From a virus, in the IMG/VR virus record IMGVR_UViG_3300036846_001209, positions 8,715-72,714 of that record: a stretch of DNA of 64,000 nucleotides; one strand, written 5' to 3'. The position numbers were made by a program, and so were the translations under genes. The notes beneath the pieces were generated by a model that saw nothing but the letters and a program-made list of their open reading frames with translations, made no database searches and had not been told where the DNA came from. Numbering within the stretch: the stretch's first letter is position 1; each line of letters opens with the position of its first letter. Positions 16,553 through 26,453 of the stretch are shown in pieces.

Positions 16553-18798
16553 TCGGGCGGCCCGATCTGGTAGCAGCGCACCTGTCGCCCCCCGATGGTG
16601 CGCCGGTTGTCCTTGCCGGGCTTCTTGATGCCCATGCGGGTCAGCGTCTTGGCGAGGTCGGTCTTCATCGCCTGCGTCTGGCGGGCCGGGATGATCTCCA
16701 GCGCATGCTCGAGGATCTCGCCGGGCGTCCACATGCCCGTGTGGTCGGGCATCCACTTCGCCAGCGCGCTCTCCCACGGATGCACCTCGATGCGCTCTTC
16801 CTGCTGGGCGCGGGCGGCAACCTCGTCCTCGCCCTCAAGCCACCAGAGCTCGCCCATGCTGAAGCGGTCGACGGCTTCCGCCCACACCTGGGCGCGGTCG
16901 GCTTTCATGGCGGCGACGTCGATCATCCCGCACACCACCGGCCAGTAGCGGCGCGCGCCGGTCGCGTCTTTCAGATAGCCGCCGCCGAGGATCGGGTTGA
17001 TCGACCCGGCGAACACGCAGACGCGCTTGCGCTCGACGACCATGCGTCCGTAGCTCGGGCGGTAGCGATCCTCCTGGCGCGAGAGGAACTCCTTGGCGAC
17101 CGAGGCTTCGGCGCGCGACAGGCGCTCCATCTCGGCGACCTCGATGACCCACTTGCCGAGGAGGTTCTGCGCCGCGTCCTTGTTGGTAAGATCGCCGCCC
17201 AACTGGTCGGCGAAGTAGGCGTCGTCGTCATCCTTGCCCGAGGGACCGCCCGCCAGGGCGCGCAGCAGGCTCGACTTGCGGATGCCCTGCGGTCCCTCCA
17301 GCACCAGCATGGTGTCGACCTTGCAGCCTGGCCGCAGCGCGCGGGCGACCGCGCTGATCAGGAACTTGCGCCCGACCGCGCGGACATAGGGCGAGTCGTC
17401 GACGCCCGCGTAGCGGATGAGCCATGTGTCGAGCCGCTCGACCCCATCCCAGGCGAGCGTCGTGAGCCAGTCGGTGAGTGGGTTCACGCGCCAGTGCTGC
17501 TGGGCGAGCATGGTGAGCATGTCGAGGACGGCGCCTTTGGTCGTACTCAGTCCGTGGCCGTTCGGGCCTAGCCACCCGGCGAGCGCGACGCCGTCGGAGT
17601 CGCTGACCTCGCGCGGGTAGTCCTGGCGCGGATCGCCCGCGAGGCCGCGCACCATGATCAGCCGGTCGGCCCAGACGTCGTAGTAGAACATGCCCGCTAG
17701 CGCCGGGTGATGCTCAAGCATCTGCTGCAGGTTCCAGGCTTCCTTCGGGCGCAGGTGACCCTTCTCGGTCCAGAGCCACTTGTGTCCCTTCATCCAGGCG
17801 TCGCGCGCGGGCGCGGCGCGCTTGGGCGGCGGATCCTGGGCGGGCGCCTCTGCTGCGGCCGCGGCTGCGGCGCCGCCGCCGCCGTTGACGACCCGGAGCT
17901 TCGGCTTGGTGGCGTCGCGCGGCGGCGCCTTCGACGGCGAGCGCATGCCGTGCTGCAGGTGGCGCTCGACCTTGTCGCTCACCACGGACTCGGTCCAGGG
18001 GTTGTGGGCCTCGCCGTTGCGCATCTGCATCCCGGCGTGGATCAGCGCGGCCTTGGCGTAGCCCTCGCCGATCTCGCCGCCGGCGACCAGCGAGCCGATG
18101 CGCAGCGTGCGATCGCGCAGCGTCACCTCCTGCGTGCCGGGCGGCGCGTGGGCGATGTCCTCGCAGATCGCGTCGAGCGTCGCCTCGCCGTAGGCGGTCG
18201 CCTTGCCCATCGGCTTGGGGCCGGGGGCGATGTTGTGCTGGCCGCCGTTCAGCTGCTTGGCGTGGTGCTGGATGAGTTCCTCGAGCCAGGGCGGCAGATC
18301 GGCGACCGGGGTCAGCACCGGGTCGGTAAGCCACTCGTACTCGCCGATGACCTCGCCGCTGGCGGCGACGAAGAGCGTCGAGGGCGGGGCGACGACGTAG
18401 CCGCCTTCGCCGCGGATATCGAGGCCGGGCAGGAAGTTGGCGCGGTTGCGCACGCCGCCGCGCATCGGCCAGCCGAAGTAGTAGTGGGCGCCGCCGCTGG
18501 GCGTCTTGGCGGCGACGGTGCGCGGCAGCGGCCCGTGCTTGGCGATGAGCTCCTGAAGGCTCGCCATGCCGCCCTTGGCGGTGTCGACGTCGAGGACGAC
18601 GAGGCCGCTGAAGGGTCCGGTGGCGATCGCGAGGTTGGAGCGGCTGGTCGGCGGCCACCAGCGCCGCGTCTGGGCGGCGTCGATGCTGGCGTCTTGGAAG
18701 CCTTTTTCGGTGCGAGGTGTCTTCTGGCCTGGTCGGCAGGGGAACACCCGCCACCCGAGGCTGATCAGTCGCAGCGCTTCGTCACCAAGCGCTGACAT
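16549..18798 (-). CDS. bifunctional primase-polymerase fused to VirE/VapE-family ATPase
   Basis: VFPC..K.P, NLAIATG..LVVLDVD, TPSGGAHYYF, DIRGEGGYVVAPPS; C-terminal PGCKVD..VLEGPQGIRKSS, DATGARRYWPV. Confidence 0.92.
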   Translation of the reverse strand: MSALGDEALRLISLGWRVFPCRPGQKTPRTEKGFQDASIDAAQTRRWWPPTSRSNLAIATGPFSGLVVLDVDTAKGGMASLQELIAKHGPLPRTVAAKTPSGGAHYYFGWPMRGGVRNRANFLPGLDIRGEGGYVVAPPSTLFVAASGEVIGEYEWLTDPVLTPVADLPPWLEELIQHHAKQLNGGQHNIAPGPKPMGKATAYGEATLDAICEDIAHAPPGTQEVTLRDRTLRIGSLVAGGEIGEGYAKAALIHAGMQMRNGEAHNPWTESVVSDKVERHLQHGMRSPSKAPPRDATKPKLRVVNGGGGAAAAAAAEAPAQDPPPKRAAPARDAWMKGHKWLWTEKGHLRPKEAWNLQQMLEHHPALAGMFYYDVWADRLIMVRGLAGDPRQDYPREVSDSDGVALAGWLGPNGHGLSTTKGAVLDMLTMLAQQHWRVNPLTDWLTTLAWDGVERLDTWLIRYAGVDDSPYVRAVGRKFLISAVARALRPGCKVDTMLVLEGPQGIRKSSLLRALAGGPSGKDDDDAYFADQLGGDLTNKDAAQNLLGKWVIEVAEMERLSRAEASVAKEFLSRQEDRYRPSYGRMVVERKRVCVFAGSINPILGGGYLKDATGARRYWPVVCGMIDVAAMKADRAQVWAEAVDRFSMGELWWLEGEDEVAARAQQEERIEVHPWESALAKWMPDHTGMWTPGEILEHALEIIPARQTQAMKTDLAKTLTRMGIKKPGKDNRRTIGGRQVRCYQIGPPD

Positions 18799-18964
18799 CG
18801 ACCCTAAACCGCGGCGGACTGGCTACGCTCGGAGTCGCGCACGCGCTGTCCCTTCCACTGGCGAAAGATCGACCATCCGGCGTCCCTGAACGCGGAGTCA
18901 AGCGGACGGAAGACCGCCGTCCACGGTGTGATCGTCGGCATCCACAGACCCCCCCCCAGGTCAG

Positions 18965-19159
18965 TCAGATCAGGCGCTCGGCCTCGTCCTTCGCCTCGAG
19001 GACGGCGATGATGTCGATCATCAGGGCGATCTGCCGGTCGGCGGCGCGCTGGCTCATGCGCTTGGCGAATACCCGATTTGGGTAGACTCGCTTGCGCAGC
19101 GTCAGTTCGCGCTTGGCTTCGGCGACGAGCTCGGCGGTGGTGAAGCGGACCCGGCCCAT
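18965..19159 (-). CDS. hypothetical phage protein
   Basis: RELTLRKRVYP..V..KRMSQ pattern. Confidence 0.65.
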   Translation of the reverse strand: MGRVRFTTAELVAEAKRELTLRKRVYPNRVFAKRMSQRAADRQIALMIDIIAVLEAKDEAERLI

Positions 19160-19160
19160 C

Positions 19161-19436
19161 TCAGTTCGCCTTCGCCGTTTCTTCGGCCGCATCGTCCAGC
19201 GCCGACAGCGTCAGTGCTTGGTCGTACCGCACCGCTTCCCTGACTTGGTCAGGCGGCGCGCCCGACATCACCAGCGCGATGACGGCGGTGGTGTAGGCGC
19301 TCGCCAGGATCGACAGCGTCGAGTTGACCGGATGGGCGTCGTCCAGCCCGGCGGCCTGCGCGATCAGCAGGATCTGGCGCACGGCGACCACCTCCTCTGG
19401 CCGCACTTCCATGTCGTCGCTCATGGCTTCTTCCAC
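19161..19436 (-). CDS. hypothetical protein
   Basis: 91 aa ORF within operon. Confidence 0.6.
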   Translation of the reverse strand: MEEAMSDDMEVRPEEVVAVRQILLIAQAAGLDDAHPVNSTLSILASAYTTAVIALVMSGAPPDQVREAVRYDQALTLSALDDAAEETAKAN

Positions 19437-19603
19437 GGCGTCAGGTGCCAGCGCAGCGTCATGTTGAGGTCGAGGGCCGCCGCTTCGGCGTCGGCCTCCT
19501 TGTCGAAGACGCCGACCACCACGCCGAGATCCTGGGGGCCAGCGGTCACCTGCCAGCGGTCGCCCAGCGGCTGGAAATCGAACACCGGGTCAGGCGCTGG
19601 CAT
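19421..19603 (-). CDS. hypothetical protein
   Basis: 60 aa ORF within operon. Confidence 0.55.
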   Translation of the reverse strand: MPAPDPVFDFQPLGDRWQVTAGPQDLGVVVGVFDKEADAEAAALDLNMTLRWHLTPWKKP

Positions 19604-20255
19604 CTTCGGCCGCCAGCTTCTCGATCGCGGTGTCGATCAGCAGCTTGAAGTCCTCAAGATCGGTGGCGTCGAGCGGCAACATCGTGGTGGTCGCCTTGGC
19701 GGGCGGGTTCAGCACGAGGAAGAGCGCGTCGTTGATCATCTCGATCGTCACGCGGACGCCGAGGTGGGTGGTGAACCACTCGATGCGGCGACGTCGGGCC
19801 ATGTGGGTATCTCCTCTTGAATGGATGTGGCGCCATGTCCGTTGGTGGACGATGTCGCTGATGGTGCAGGGGTCGACGCCGTAGTCGGCAGCGATGGTGA
19901 TGAGCATCTCGGCGGCTGCGGCACGCGCGCGAATCGCGGGGATATCGGCGGCCTGTAGGATCGTGCCTACCTGCCGGCCCTTGCGGAGCCGATCGACCAT
20001 GTTCTCGGCGTGCGTGCCAGCGAACAGATGGTCGAGGCGGATGCAGGCGGGCGTGTCGCAGTGGTGGCAGATATGCGGGCGATCAGCCGGGATGGCGCCG
20101 CGCCATGCCTTCCAGGCCCAGCGGTGGGCGCGGTCTTTGACGCCCTGAAACTTCAGCGTCCCGTAGCCACGGGTGGCGTAGCCGCTCCAGAGCCAGCAGC
20201 CCCAGCCGTTCGTGTCGAACTCGATGCCCGCCAGGAGCCGCTCCTCAAGGGTCAT
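19590..20255 (-). CDS. HNH endonuclease, in frame with a downstream 70 aa gene (second start at 19802)
   Basis: CWLWSG...GYG...AHR...ICHHCDTPACI..HLFAGTHAENMVD; internal AGAGGAG RBS before 19802. Confidence 0.85.
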   Translation of the reverse strand: MTLEERLLAGIEFDTNGWGCWLWSGYATRGYGTLKFQGVKDRAHRWAWKAWRGAIPADRPHICHHCDTPACIRLDHLFAGTHAENMVDRLRKGRQVGTILQAADIPAIRARAAAAEMLITIAADYGVDPCTISDIVHQRTWRHIHSRGDTHMARRRRIEWFTTHLGVRVTIEMINDALFLVLNPPAKATTTMLPLDATDLEDFKLLIDTAIEKLAAEDASA

Positions 20256-20523
20256 CGACGCTCGTATCCTGATCGGCTAGCGTGAGGTGCTGCTGGCGGG
20301 TTTGATCTCCTCGAGCTGTCGGCGGCCACACTGGCGTGTGATTCGGTCCGGCGCTGGCCGCCACCGGCGGTGCCGGACCGATGCGCCGCCCCACCTCCCA
20401 CCAATGCTGAACGTCGGCGCCCTGAGTGGCGAGCCGCTGCTGCAGGCTCTGGCGGTAGATGATGCGATAGCGCTCGGCGAGGTCGGCCCAATCCTGGCGC
20501 TCTTCAGCCGTCTCCGGGCGCAT
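20245..20523 (-). CDS. hypothetical protein
   Basis: TGATG-coupled start MRPETAEE. Confidence 0.5.
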   Translation of the reverse strand: MRPETAEERQDWADLAERYRIIYRQSLQQRLATQGADVQHWWEVGRRIGPAPPVAASAGPNHTPVWPPTARGDQTRQQHLTLADQDTSVDDP

Positions 20524-21035
20524 CACGGCATCTCGTCGATATCGATCGTCGAGGCGTCGTAGCGGTTGGCTTGGCTGAGCGGCATCTTCAGCGGCACGCC
20601 CCAACGGCGCAGCGCATGTTCGACCTCGTCGAGATCGCGGGCCTTGGCCCAGATGTCGCGCCCGGTGCGCTGACAGGCGTCGCGGAAGTCGCGCTGTTCT
20701 TTGCTCAGGTTCCCGTCGGGCGCCTTGAGCTCGATGTAGTGGGTGACCCCGTCGGGGAAGAGGATCTGGATGTCGGGCCAGCCGCGGCGCACGCCGGCCT
20801 GCTTCATCTTCACCGCGACGGGCGCCGAGAGGCGCACGCCGGTCGCCGAGGCGGTGAAGACGTAGCCGTCGGGCAGCGCCCAGGTCAGCGCCGGGATGAC
20901 ATGGGCGGCCTGGAAGTTGTGTTCGGGCTGGCCGACCTTGCGCACCGCCCGCCGCCGTTTCTTCTGCGGCGGGTCGAAGAAGCCGGGCGTGCCTTGGCCT
21001 GGTCCGCGCCGGTAGGCATAGGGCGGCTTGGTCAA
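20523..21035 (-). CDS. VRR-NUC family nuclease
   Basis: EH.FQ, GVRRGWPDIQI, YIELKAPDGNLSKEQ. Confidence 0.88.
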   Translation of the reverse strand: MTKPPYAYRRGPGQGTPGFFDPPQKKRRRAVRKVGQPEHNFQAAHVIPALTWALPDGYVFTASATGVRLSAPVAVKMKQAGVRRGWPDIQILFPDGVTHYIELKAPDGNLSKEQRDFRDACQRTGRDIWAKARDLDEVEHALRRWGVPLKMPLSQANRYDASTIDIDEMP

Positions 21036-21256
21036 CTGGCGAGGCTCGCGATCTCTTCGTGGCGTTGGGCGATCAGCCGATCCAGCGCCGAGTTGAGTTC
21101 GGCCCAGCGGTCGACGCTCGGCTGCTGCCGACCGTGCCGGTAGCGCGAGATGGTGGCGGAGGCGATGCCCGACTCGTCGGCGAGTTCGTCATCGCGGATG
21201 CGGGCGTGACGCCGACGGTCATCGAAGTCGCGCATCTGGTCAGCAAACGGTTTCAT
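21032..21256 (-). CDS. Cro/XRE-type HTH regulator
   Basis: ELADESGIASATISRYRHGRQQP. Confidence 0.8.
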   Translation of the reverse strand: MKPFADQMRDFDDRRRHARIRDDELADESGIASATISRYRHGRQQPSVDRWAELNSALDRLIAQRHEEIASLAS

Positions 21257-21317
21257 ATGTGCATGCTGCCAGAAAGGTGAGCGACCATCAAGAGTGACGG
21301 ATGCGGCAAGTTGGTTG

Positions 21318-21347
21318 TTGACGCGACTCGGCGTCTCGCCCTAAGTT
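21318..21347 (+). promoter_or_regulatory. sigma70-like promoter at divergent operon boundary
   Basis: TTGACG-N18-TAAGTT, same geometry as 9123-9152. Confidence 0.55.
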
Positions 21348-21383
21348 GCAACCATCGAACACGCCAGAAGTGAGTTGCCCACC

Positions 21384-23499
21384 ATGTCCTCCCAAGACCA
21401 CCGCGATCCCCAGCCGACCTACGCCGCCGCCAAGGCGCGCGTCGAGGCTGGCGACCTGTCCTTCGAAGCGATCGCGGGCATGTGCCACGCGCACGCCCTG
21501 AAGCTGGCCGCCGACAGCGCCCATCTGGACGCCCGTTTCAACCCCGAGAACGATGTGAGGGGCCTGTGAGCCGCACCGAGAATCGTCTGTCCGAAGAGCG
21601 GATGCTGGAGCGCCTGCGGGCGGGCGAGACGGGCTTCGGCCACCGCCCGCTGCCGGACTACGCTGCCGCCGTCATCGCCAAGGTCGAGGCCCTGATGGGT
21701 CCGAAGAAAGAGCCGCCCATGCCCCTGAGCCGCCGCTACACCTACACCTGCAACATGGAGTGGGAAGACCACAACGAGACGGTCACCGCCGTGCTGGACG
21801 ACATCGTCGTCACCTACGGCGTCGAGTGGGCGGAGGCCGCGCCCGGCCCGGTCGACTCCACCGTCGTCGACATCGAGATCGTCTCGATCGACGGCAAGCC
21901 GTGGGCCGACGTCGACGGCGGCTACGGCGGCAAGGCCGATCTCCTCGACACCATCGTGAACCGTCTGGAGATGGATCACGAAGAGCGGATGATCGAAGCG
22001 GCCACCGAAGTGGAGGCCGACGATGGCGACCGATGACACCCGTCCCCGCAAACTGCTGCAGGCCGCCGCCGCTGGCGGCCAGTGGGGCATCGTCTACAAG
22101 AACGCCAAGCGCGACGAGGACGACCTCTGCATGGGGTCGAAGCTGGTGGACGGCTGGGAGGCTATCGCCGCCCAGATCGTCGCCGTGCCAGACATGCTGG
22201 CCGCCCTGCGCGAGGTCGAGAAGGACAGCGACGACTCGAATCTGAGGCGCCTCGCCAGAGCCGCTCTCAGGAAGGCGGGGGCGCTCTGATGGCGCACGCC
22301 GTCCAGCACCCGACCTATGGTGCGCCGCTTCCGACGGGGAGGATCACGCTGACCAACGGCGTGGTCTTCCGCCCGTACAAGGCGGCGCCGCGCCTCACCG
22401 TGCGGTGCAGCGACGACCACCGCATCACCATCATCCCGCAGGCGCTGGGCTGGCTGGCGTTCATCGACCAGCGCCCGGTGATCGACGGCAAGACCGGCGA
22501 GCGGCTGCGCTTTTCCAGCCGCGAGGAGGCCGAGCGCACCACTGCGTCGCTCGCCAAGCAACCGAGGACACCCACGCCATGACCGCCCGGGGGGGCAATC
22601 TTCTGATGGTCGTCAGCGGCCCGCTGCTGATCGACGATGACGTCGTCGCCTGCGAGAGCGTCGACGGCGCGCGCGCCATGCTGGTCGAGGAACTGGCGGT
22701 CACCGCGCAGGCGACCGACACTTGGGGCGACGCCTACGAGCTCGCCGTCGCCGAGGCGCGCGAAGCGCAGCCGCCGACCACCATCCACCTGGGCGGCTTC
22801 GCCCATATCCTCACCTGGGAGCACTGACATGCCCGGCGCGATGACCGGCCCCTGGTGGGCGCCCAGCGACTACGAGGAGCGGCTGTCGATGACCGAGGCG
22901 CAGGAGCGCGCCCTGGAGGCAGCTGAGCTTGAGGAACGCTGCGACGCGCACGAGCGCGACTTCGACCCCGATCTGGATTGGGACGATGGCTGAGCGCTTC
23001 ACCGCCATCCGCGGCGAGGTCTGGGACCAGACCACGATGCCCGCCCGCAAGCTCGACCTCGAGGACGCGCGCATCATGGTCAACATCTGGCGGCGCGAGG
23101 CCGAGGCCTGCCGTCAGGCCGGCGCCCGCGATCACGAACGTACCTGGTCGGATCCGGCGACGACGCTCACCAACGCCATCGAGGCCGCGGTGGTGCAGCG
23201 CAAGATGATGGGCTGGGCATGATGCCGCCTCGCCGCGACTCCTCCTGGCTGGTGATCGTCCTCCTGCTGGCGACCGCCGCCGTCCTTTTCACCGGCCTCC
23301 TAGCCACAATGCTGAGACACACGCCATGACCCGACTATCCTACGACGCGAAGGGCGCCATCGAAGCGGCCGCGCGCGTCATCGAAGACAAACTGGCCGTC
23401 GACAAGCCGAAGGCTCGACAGGTCGCCCAGGCGGCGCTGGAGGCGGCGCTGCCGCACCTGATCAACCTCGCCGCTCCCCACCGCATGGAGAAGCACTAG
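21384..23499 (+). other. run of small coupled hypothetical ORFs (approx. 21384-21569, 21566-22036, 22023-22289, 22289-22582, 22579-22827, 22829-22993, 22986-23222, 23326-23499)
   Basis: Start/stop overlaps and GC3 bias; no recognisable motifs. Confidence 0.6.
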
Positions 23500-23778
23500 A
23501 TGACCGTCGAGGTTGACGAAGCAGAAGTATGGCGCGGCGCCCAAGCCGTCATCTATCTGCTGACCGAGCGTTCGAAGAAGTCGAAGACCCCAGGAACCGC
23601 AGAGTCTTTCGTCGCAAGCTGCGTCGCCATCCTCTGTGCAGCACTCGCGCTGGTGGTCCGCACCTTCATGGACGACGAACACCTGAGCGAGGGGTTCGAA
23701 CTGGCGCACGCCCAACTCGATGACATGGCCGAGTACATGATCGCTCGCCGCCCCTACACGCCTATGGAGAAGCACTAG
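23500..23778 (+). CDS. hypothetical protein bounded by 18-bp direct repeats
   Basis: ATGGAGAAGCACTAGATG at 23485-23502 and 23764-23781. Confidence 0.7.
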   Translation: MTVEVDEAEVWRGAQAVIYLLTERSKKSKTPGTAESFVASCVAILCAALALVVRTFMDDEHLSEGFELAHAQLDDMAEYMIARRPYTPMEKH

Positions 23779-24666
23779 ATGCGCGCGTTCGCATGGAACG
23801 GCGAGAAGATCGCCAAGCCGGGCGCCTATGTCGGCCTGCCGATCGACGTCTACCACGGCGATCCGGTGGTCGGGCGCTTCGTCACCGCCGGGTCGCTGAG
23901 CCGCGCCTCGAGGTCGCTGGCGCACTTCTGGGCCTACTGCCAGTGGAACCCGCAGCACGAGCCGCCCGACATCGACGTCGACGCGCTGCGCTTCGGCAAG
24001 GCCGCGCACCTGCTGGCCTTCGAGCCGGAACTCTTTGATCGCCAGTTTGCGGTCTGCCCCTACGGCGACGACTACCGCCCGAGGGACGCCAAGCAGTGGA
24101 AGGCCGAACTCAGCCCCACCCTCATGCCGCTGCGCCCGCGCGAGCACATCACGCTGCTGCGGATGAGCGACGCGCTTCGCAAGGATCCCGAGGCGCGGGC
24201 GCTGTTCGCGCACGGCCTGCCCGAGATGAGCTTCGTCGCCAAGGACGAGGCGACGGGGATCTGGATGCTGACCCGGCCGGACTTCACGCCGGCCAGCGCC
24301 GGGCGCGGCCTCGCCGACTACAAGACGAGCGCTGACGGCGCCTGGGAAGCCTTCGGGCGGGCGGCGTTCAGCTACGACTACGACCTTCAGGTCGGGCTGG
24401 CGCTTGACGTAGTCGCCGCATCGACAGGAGAGATGCGTCCGACTATGTGGTTCGTTGTGCAAGAAAAGGAGCCGCCCTTCTGCGTCAGCATCCACCGCTG
24501 GGAAGCCGATCAGATCCTCTACGGCAGGCGCCGCGTGCGCGAGCTCCTCGACCGGATCGCCTTCGCGATCGAGAGCGGCGAGTGGCCCGGCTACGGCGCG
24601 GCGCAGTCGCTGCACACTCCGTTCTACGTTCGCCGCAAGATCGAAGAGCAGGAGCAGGCAGTATGA
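23779..24666 (+). CDS. RecE/exonuclease VIII-like PD-(D/E)XK nuclease
   Basis: ALRFGKAAH..LEP, RPDF, DYKTS, FVVQEKEPP, WPGY. Confidence 0.85.
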   Translation: MRAFAWNGEKIAKPGAYVGLPIDVYHGDPVVGRFVTAGSLSRASRSLAHFWAYCQWNPQHEPPDIDVDALRFGKAAHLLAFEPELFDRQFAVCPYGDDYRPRDAKQWKAELSPTLMPLRPREHITLLRMSDALRKDPEARALFAHGLPEMSFVAKDEATGIWMLTRPDFTPASAGRGLADYKTSADGAWEAFGRAAFSYDYDLQVGLALDVVAASTGEMRPTMWFVVQEKEPPFCVSIHRWEADQILYGRRRVRELLDRIAFAIESGEWPGYGAAQSLHTPFYVRRKIEEQEQAV

Positions 24667-24887
24667 AAACGCTCTTCAACTTGGTGGTCGCCGGTATCTT
24701 CGGCCTCATCATGGTCGCGCTGACCGGCGCGACTGGCGGCCTCGCTCTCGTCGTCTTCCTGTTCTTCGCGTGGAAGATCAGCGTGGGCGCGGCGAACGAC
24801 GAAGCCGAGGCCGAAGCCGCGCGCGTCCAGGCCCAGAAAGACGAACTCCTCGAAACCCTCCTCAGAAAGCACCAGCACGATGTCTGA
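24663..24887 (+). CDS. small membrane protein
   Basis: Two hydrophobic stretches; overlaps both neighbours. Confidence 0.6.
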   Translation: MKTLFNLVVAGIFGLIMVALTGATGGLALVVFLFFAWKISVGAANDEAEAEAARVQAQKDELLETLLRKHQHDV

Positions 24888-25980
24888 CACCGCCCAGCCC
24901 GACGCCAAGCCGCAGCTACCCGCCAAGGCGCCGCCGCCCGAGTTCAGGACCGGCGGCAAGCTCGCCGCGCTGATCCCGCAGTCGATCGAAGAGGCGTGGC
25001 GGCTCGCCCAGTACCTCGCCGAGTCCGACCTGGCGCCGCGCGACATGAAGAAGCCCGCGCAGATCATCGTGGCGATCATGGCGGGCGCCGAGGTCGGGCT
25101 GCCGCCGATCCAGGCGATCCAGTCGATCGCGGTGATCAACGGTCGGCCCACCATCTGGGGCGACGGCCTGCTGGCGGTCGTCCTGGCCCGCAAGGTCAAG
25201 GTCGAAGAGTGGATGGAGGGCGAAGGCGACGAGCGCGTCGCCTACTGCGAGGTCACCCGCCCCGACACCGGGCAGGTGGTGGTGCGCTCCTTCAGCGTCG
25301 CGGACGCCAAGGAGGCCAAGCTCTGGATGAAGAAGGGCCAGCAGGGCCAGGACACGCCGTGGGTGACCTACCCGCGCCGCATGCTGCAGATGCGCGCCAG
25401 ATCCTGGGCGATCCGCGACAACTGCGCCGACATCCTGCGCGGCATCCAAGTGCGCGAGGAGGTCGTCGACTACGACACGGGCGCCACGGTGACCAACCCG
25501 GATGAGCGGGCGCCGTCACCCGTCTCGACCTTCCTGGCGACCGACGTGGCGACCGGCGCGGACGCCACCATCGACATCGTCGACGCCTCCTACGAGGAGC
25601 CGGGCGGTGGCGAGGTCCCGGCCGCAACCGAATCCGAAAACCAGCCCGAATCGGCAACCAAACCCGAACCCGAGGCCGAATCGCCAACTGAGGCCGCCGA
25701 ATCACCAAGTGAGGCCCCTGCATCGCCAAGTGAGCCAGAGGTGGTCGAGGTGAAGGCGCAGCCGTCGGGGCTGGCGCCGACGGCGCGCTGGATCGCCCAG
25801 GTCCGCGAGGCGTTCGAAGCGACCAAGACCAAGCCCGAGATGAAGGCGCTGGAGGCGCGCTGGAAGAGCCGGGCGAACATCGACTCGCTGGAGCAACTGC
25901 GCGCCCAGGATCCGCGGCTCGCCGAGTCGCTGGAGCGCGACTACGAGGCGCTCGAGCAGCAGATCCGCGGCGGCAAGTGA
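24880..25980 (+). CDS. RecT-like single-strand annealing protein
   Basis: GAEVGLPPIQAIQSIAVINGRPTIWGD, A.LW.K..PW..YP.RMLQMRAR; adjacent to RecE-like gene. Confidence 0.85.
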   Translation: MSDTAQPDAKPQLPAKAPPPEFRTGGKLAALIPQSIEEAWRLAQYLAESDLAPRDMKKPAQIIVAIMAGAEVGLPPIQAIQSIAVINGRPTIWGDGLLAVVLARKVKVEEWMEGEGDERVAYCEVTRPDTGQVVVRSFSVADAKEAKLWMKKGQQGQDTPWVTYPRRMLQMRARSWAIRDNCADILRGIQVREEVVDYDTGATVTNPDERAPSPVSTFLATDVATGADATIDIVDASYEEPGGGEVPAATESENQPESATKPEPEAESPTEAAESPSEAPASPSEPEVVEVKAQPSGLAPTARWIAQVREAFEATKTKPEMKALEARWKSRANIDSLEQLRAQDPRLAESLERDYEALEQQIRGGK

Positions 25981-26453
25981 TGGTCGCCTTCCGTCAGCTG
26001 GGCCGCGACGACGAGGTGTTCTCGTGGATGGACCGCCACGGCGTCCTCACCCACATCGCCTCGACGCGGCTGCGCGTCTACCTCGCCGGCGCGGATTGGC
26101 CGGTGAGCGACGTCGCGCTGCGCCCCGAGTTCGTGCTGGCCGTCGCCTCGCAGAACGGCCTCGAGGAGCAGCACCTCGACGCCTACCCGCTCACCAAACT
26201 GAACGAGCCAGCGATCATGCTCGACCGCGGCGACGGCACCCACACGGTTGCCGATGGTTCCCACCGCCTGGTCAAGCGCGCGCTGCTGGGGATGCCCAAC
26301 GTGCCGACCTACCTCGTTCCCGAGGCGGTCTGGCGGCGCTTCGCGATCCCCGACATGCCCGAGCATGTGCTGGGCTGGCGCGAGTGGCTCGCCACCGCCA
26401 ACCCCGACGCCGGGCGCTTCCACGATGTCCCACCACCAGGGAGAGCCGGATGA
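25977..26453 (+). CDS. ParB/Srx-like domain protein
   Basis: EPAIM...VADGSHRLVKRALLG...VPTY. Confidence 0.55.
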   Translation: MMVAFRQLGRDDEVFSWMDRHGVLTHIASTRLRVYLAGADWPVSDVALRPEFVLAVASQNGLEEQHLDAYPLTKLNEPAIMLDRGDGTHTVADGSHRLVKRALLGMPNVPTYLVPEAVWRRFAIPDMPEHVLGWREWLATANPDAGRFHDVPPPGRAG

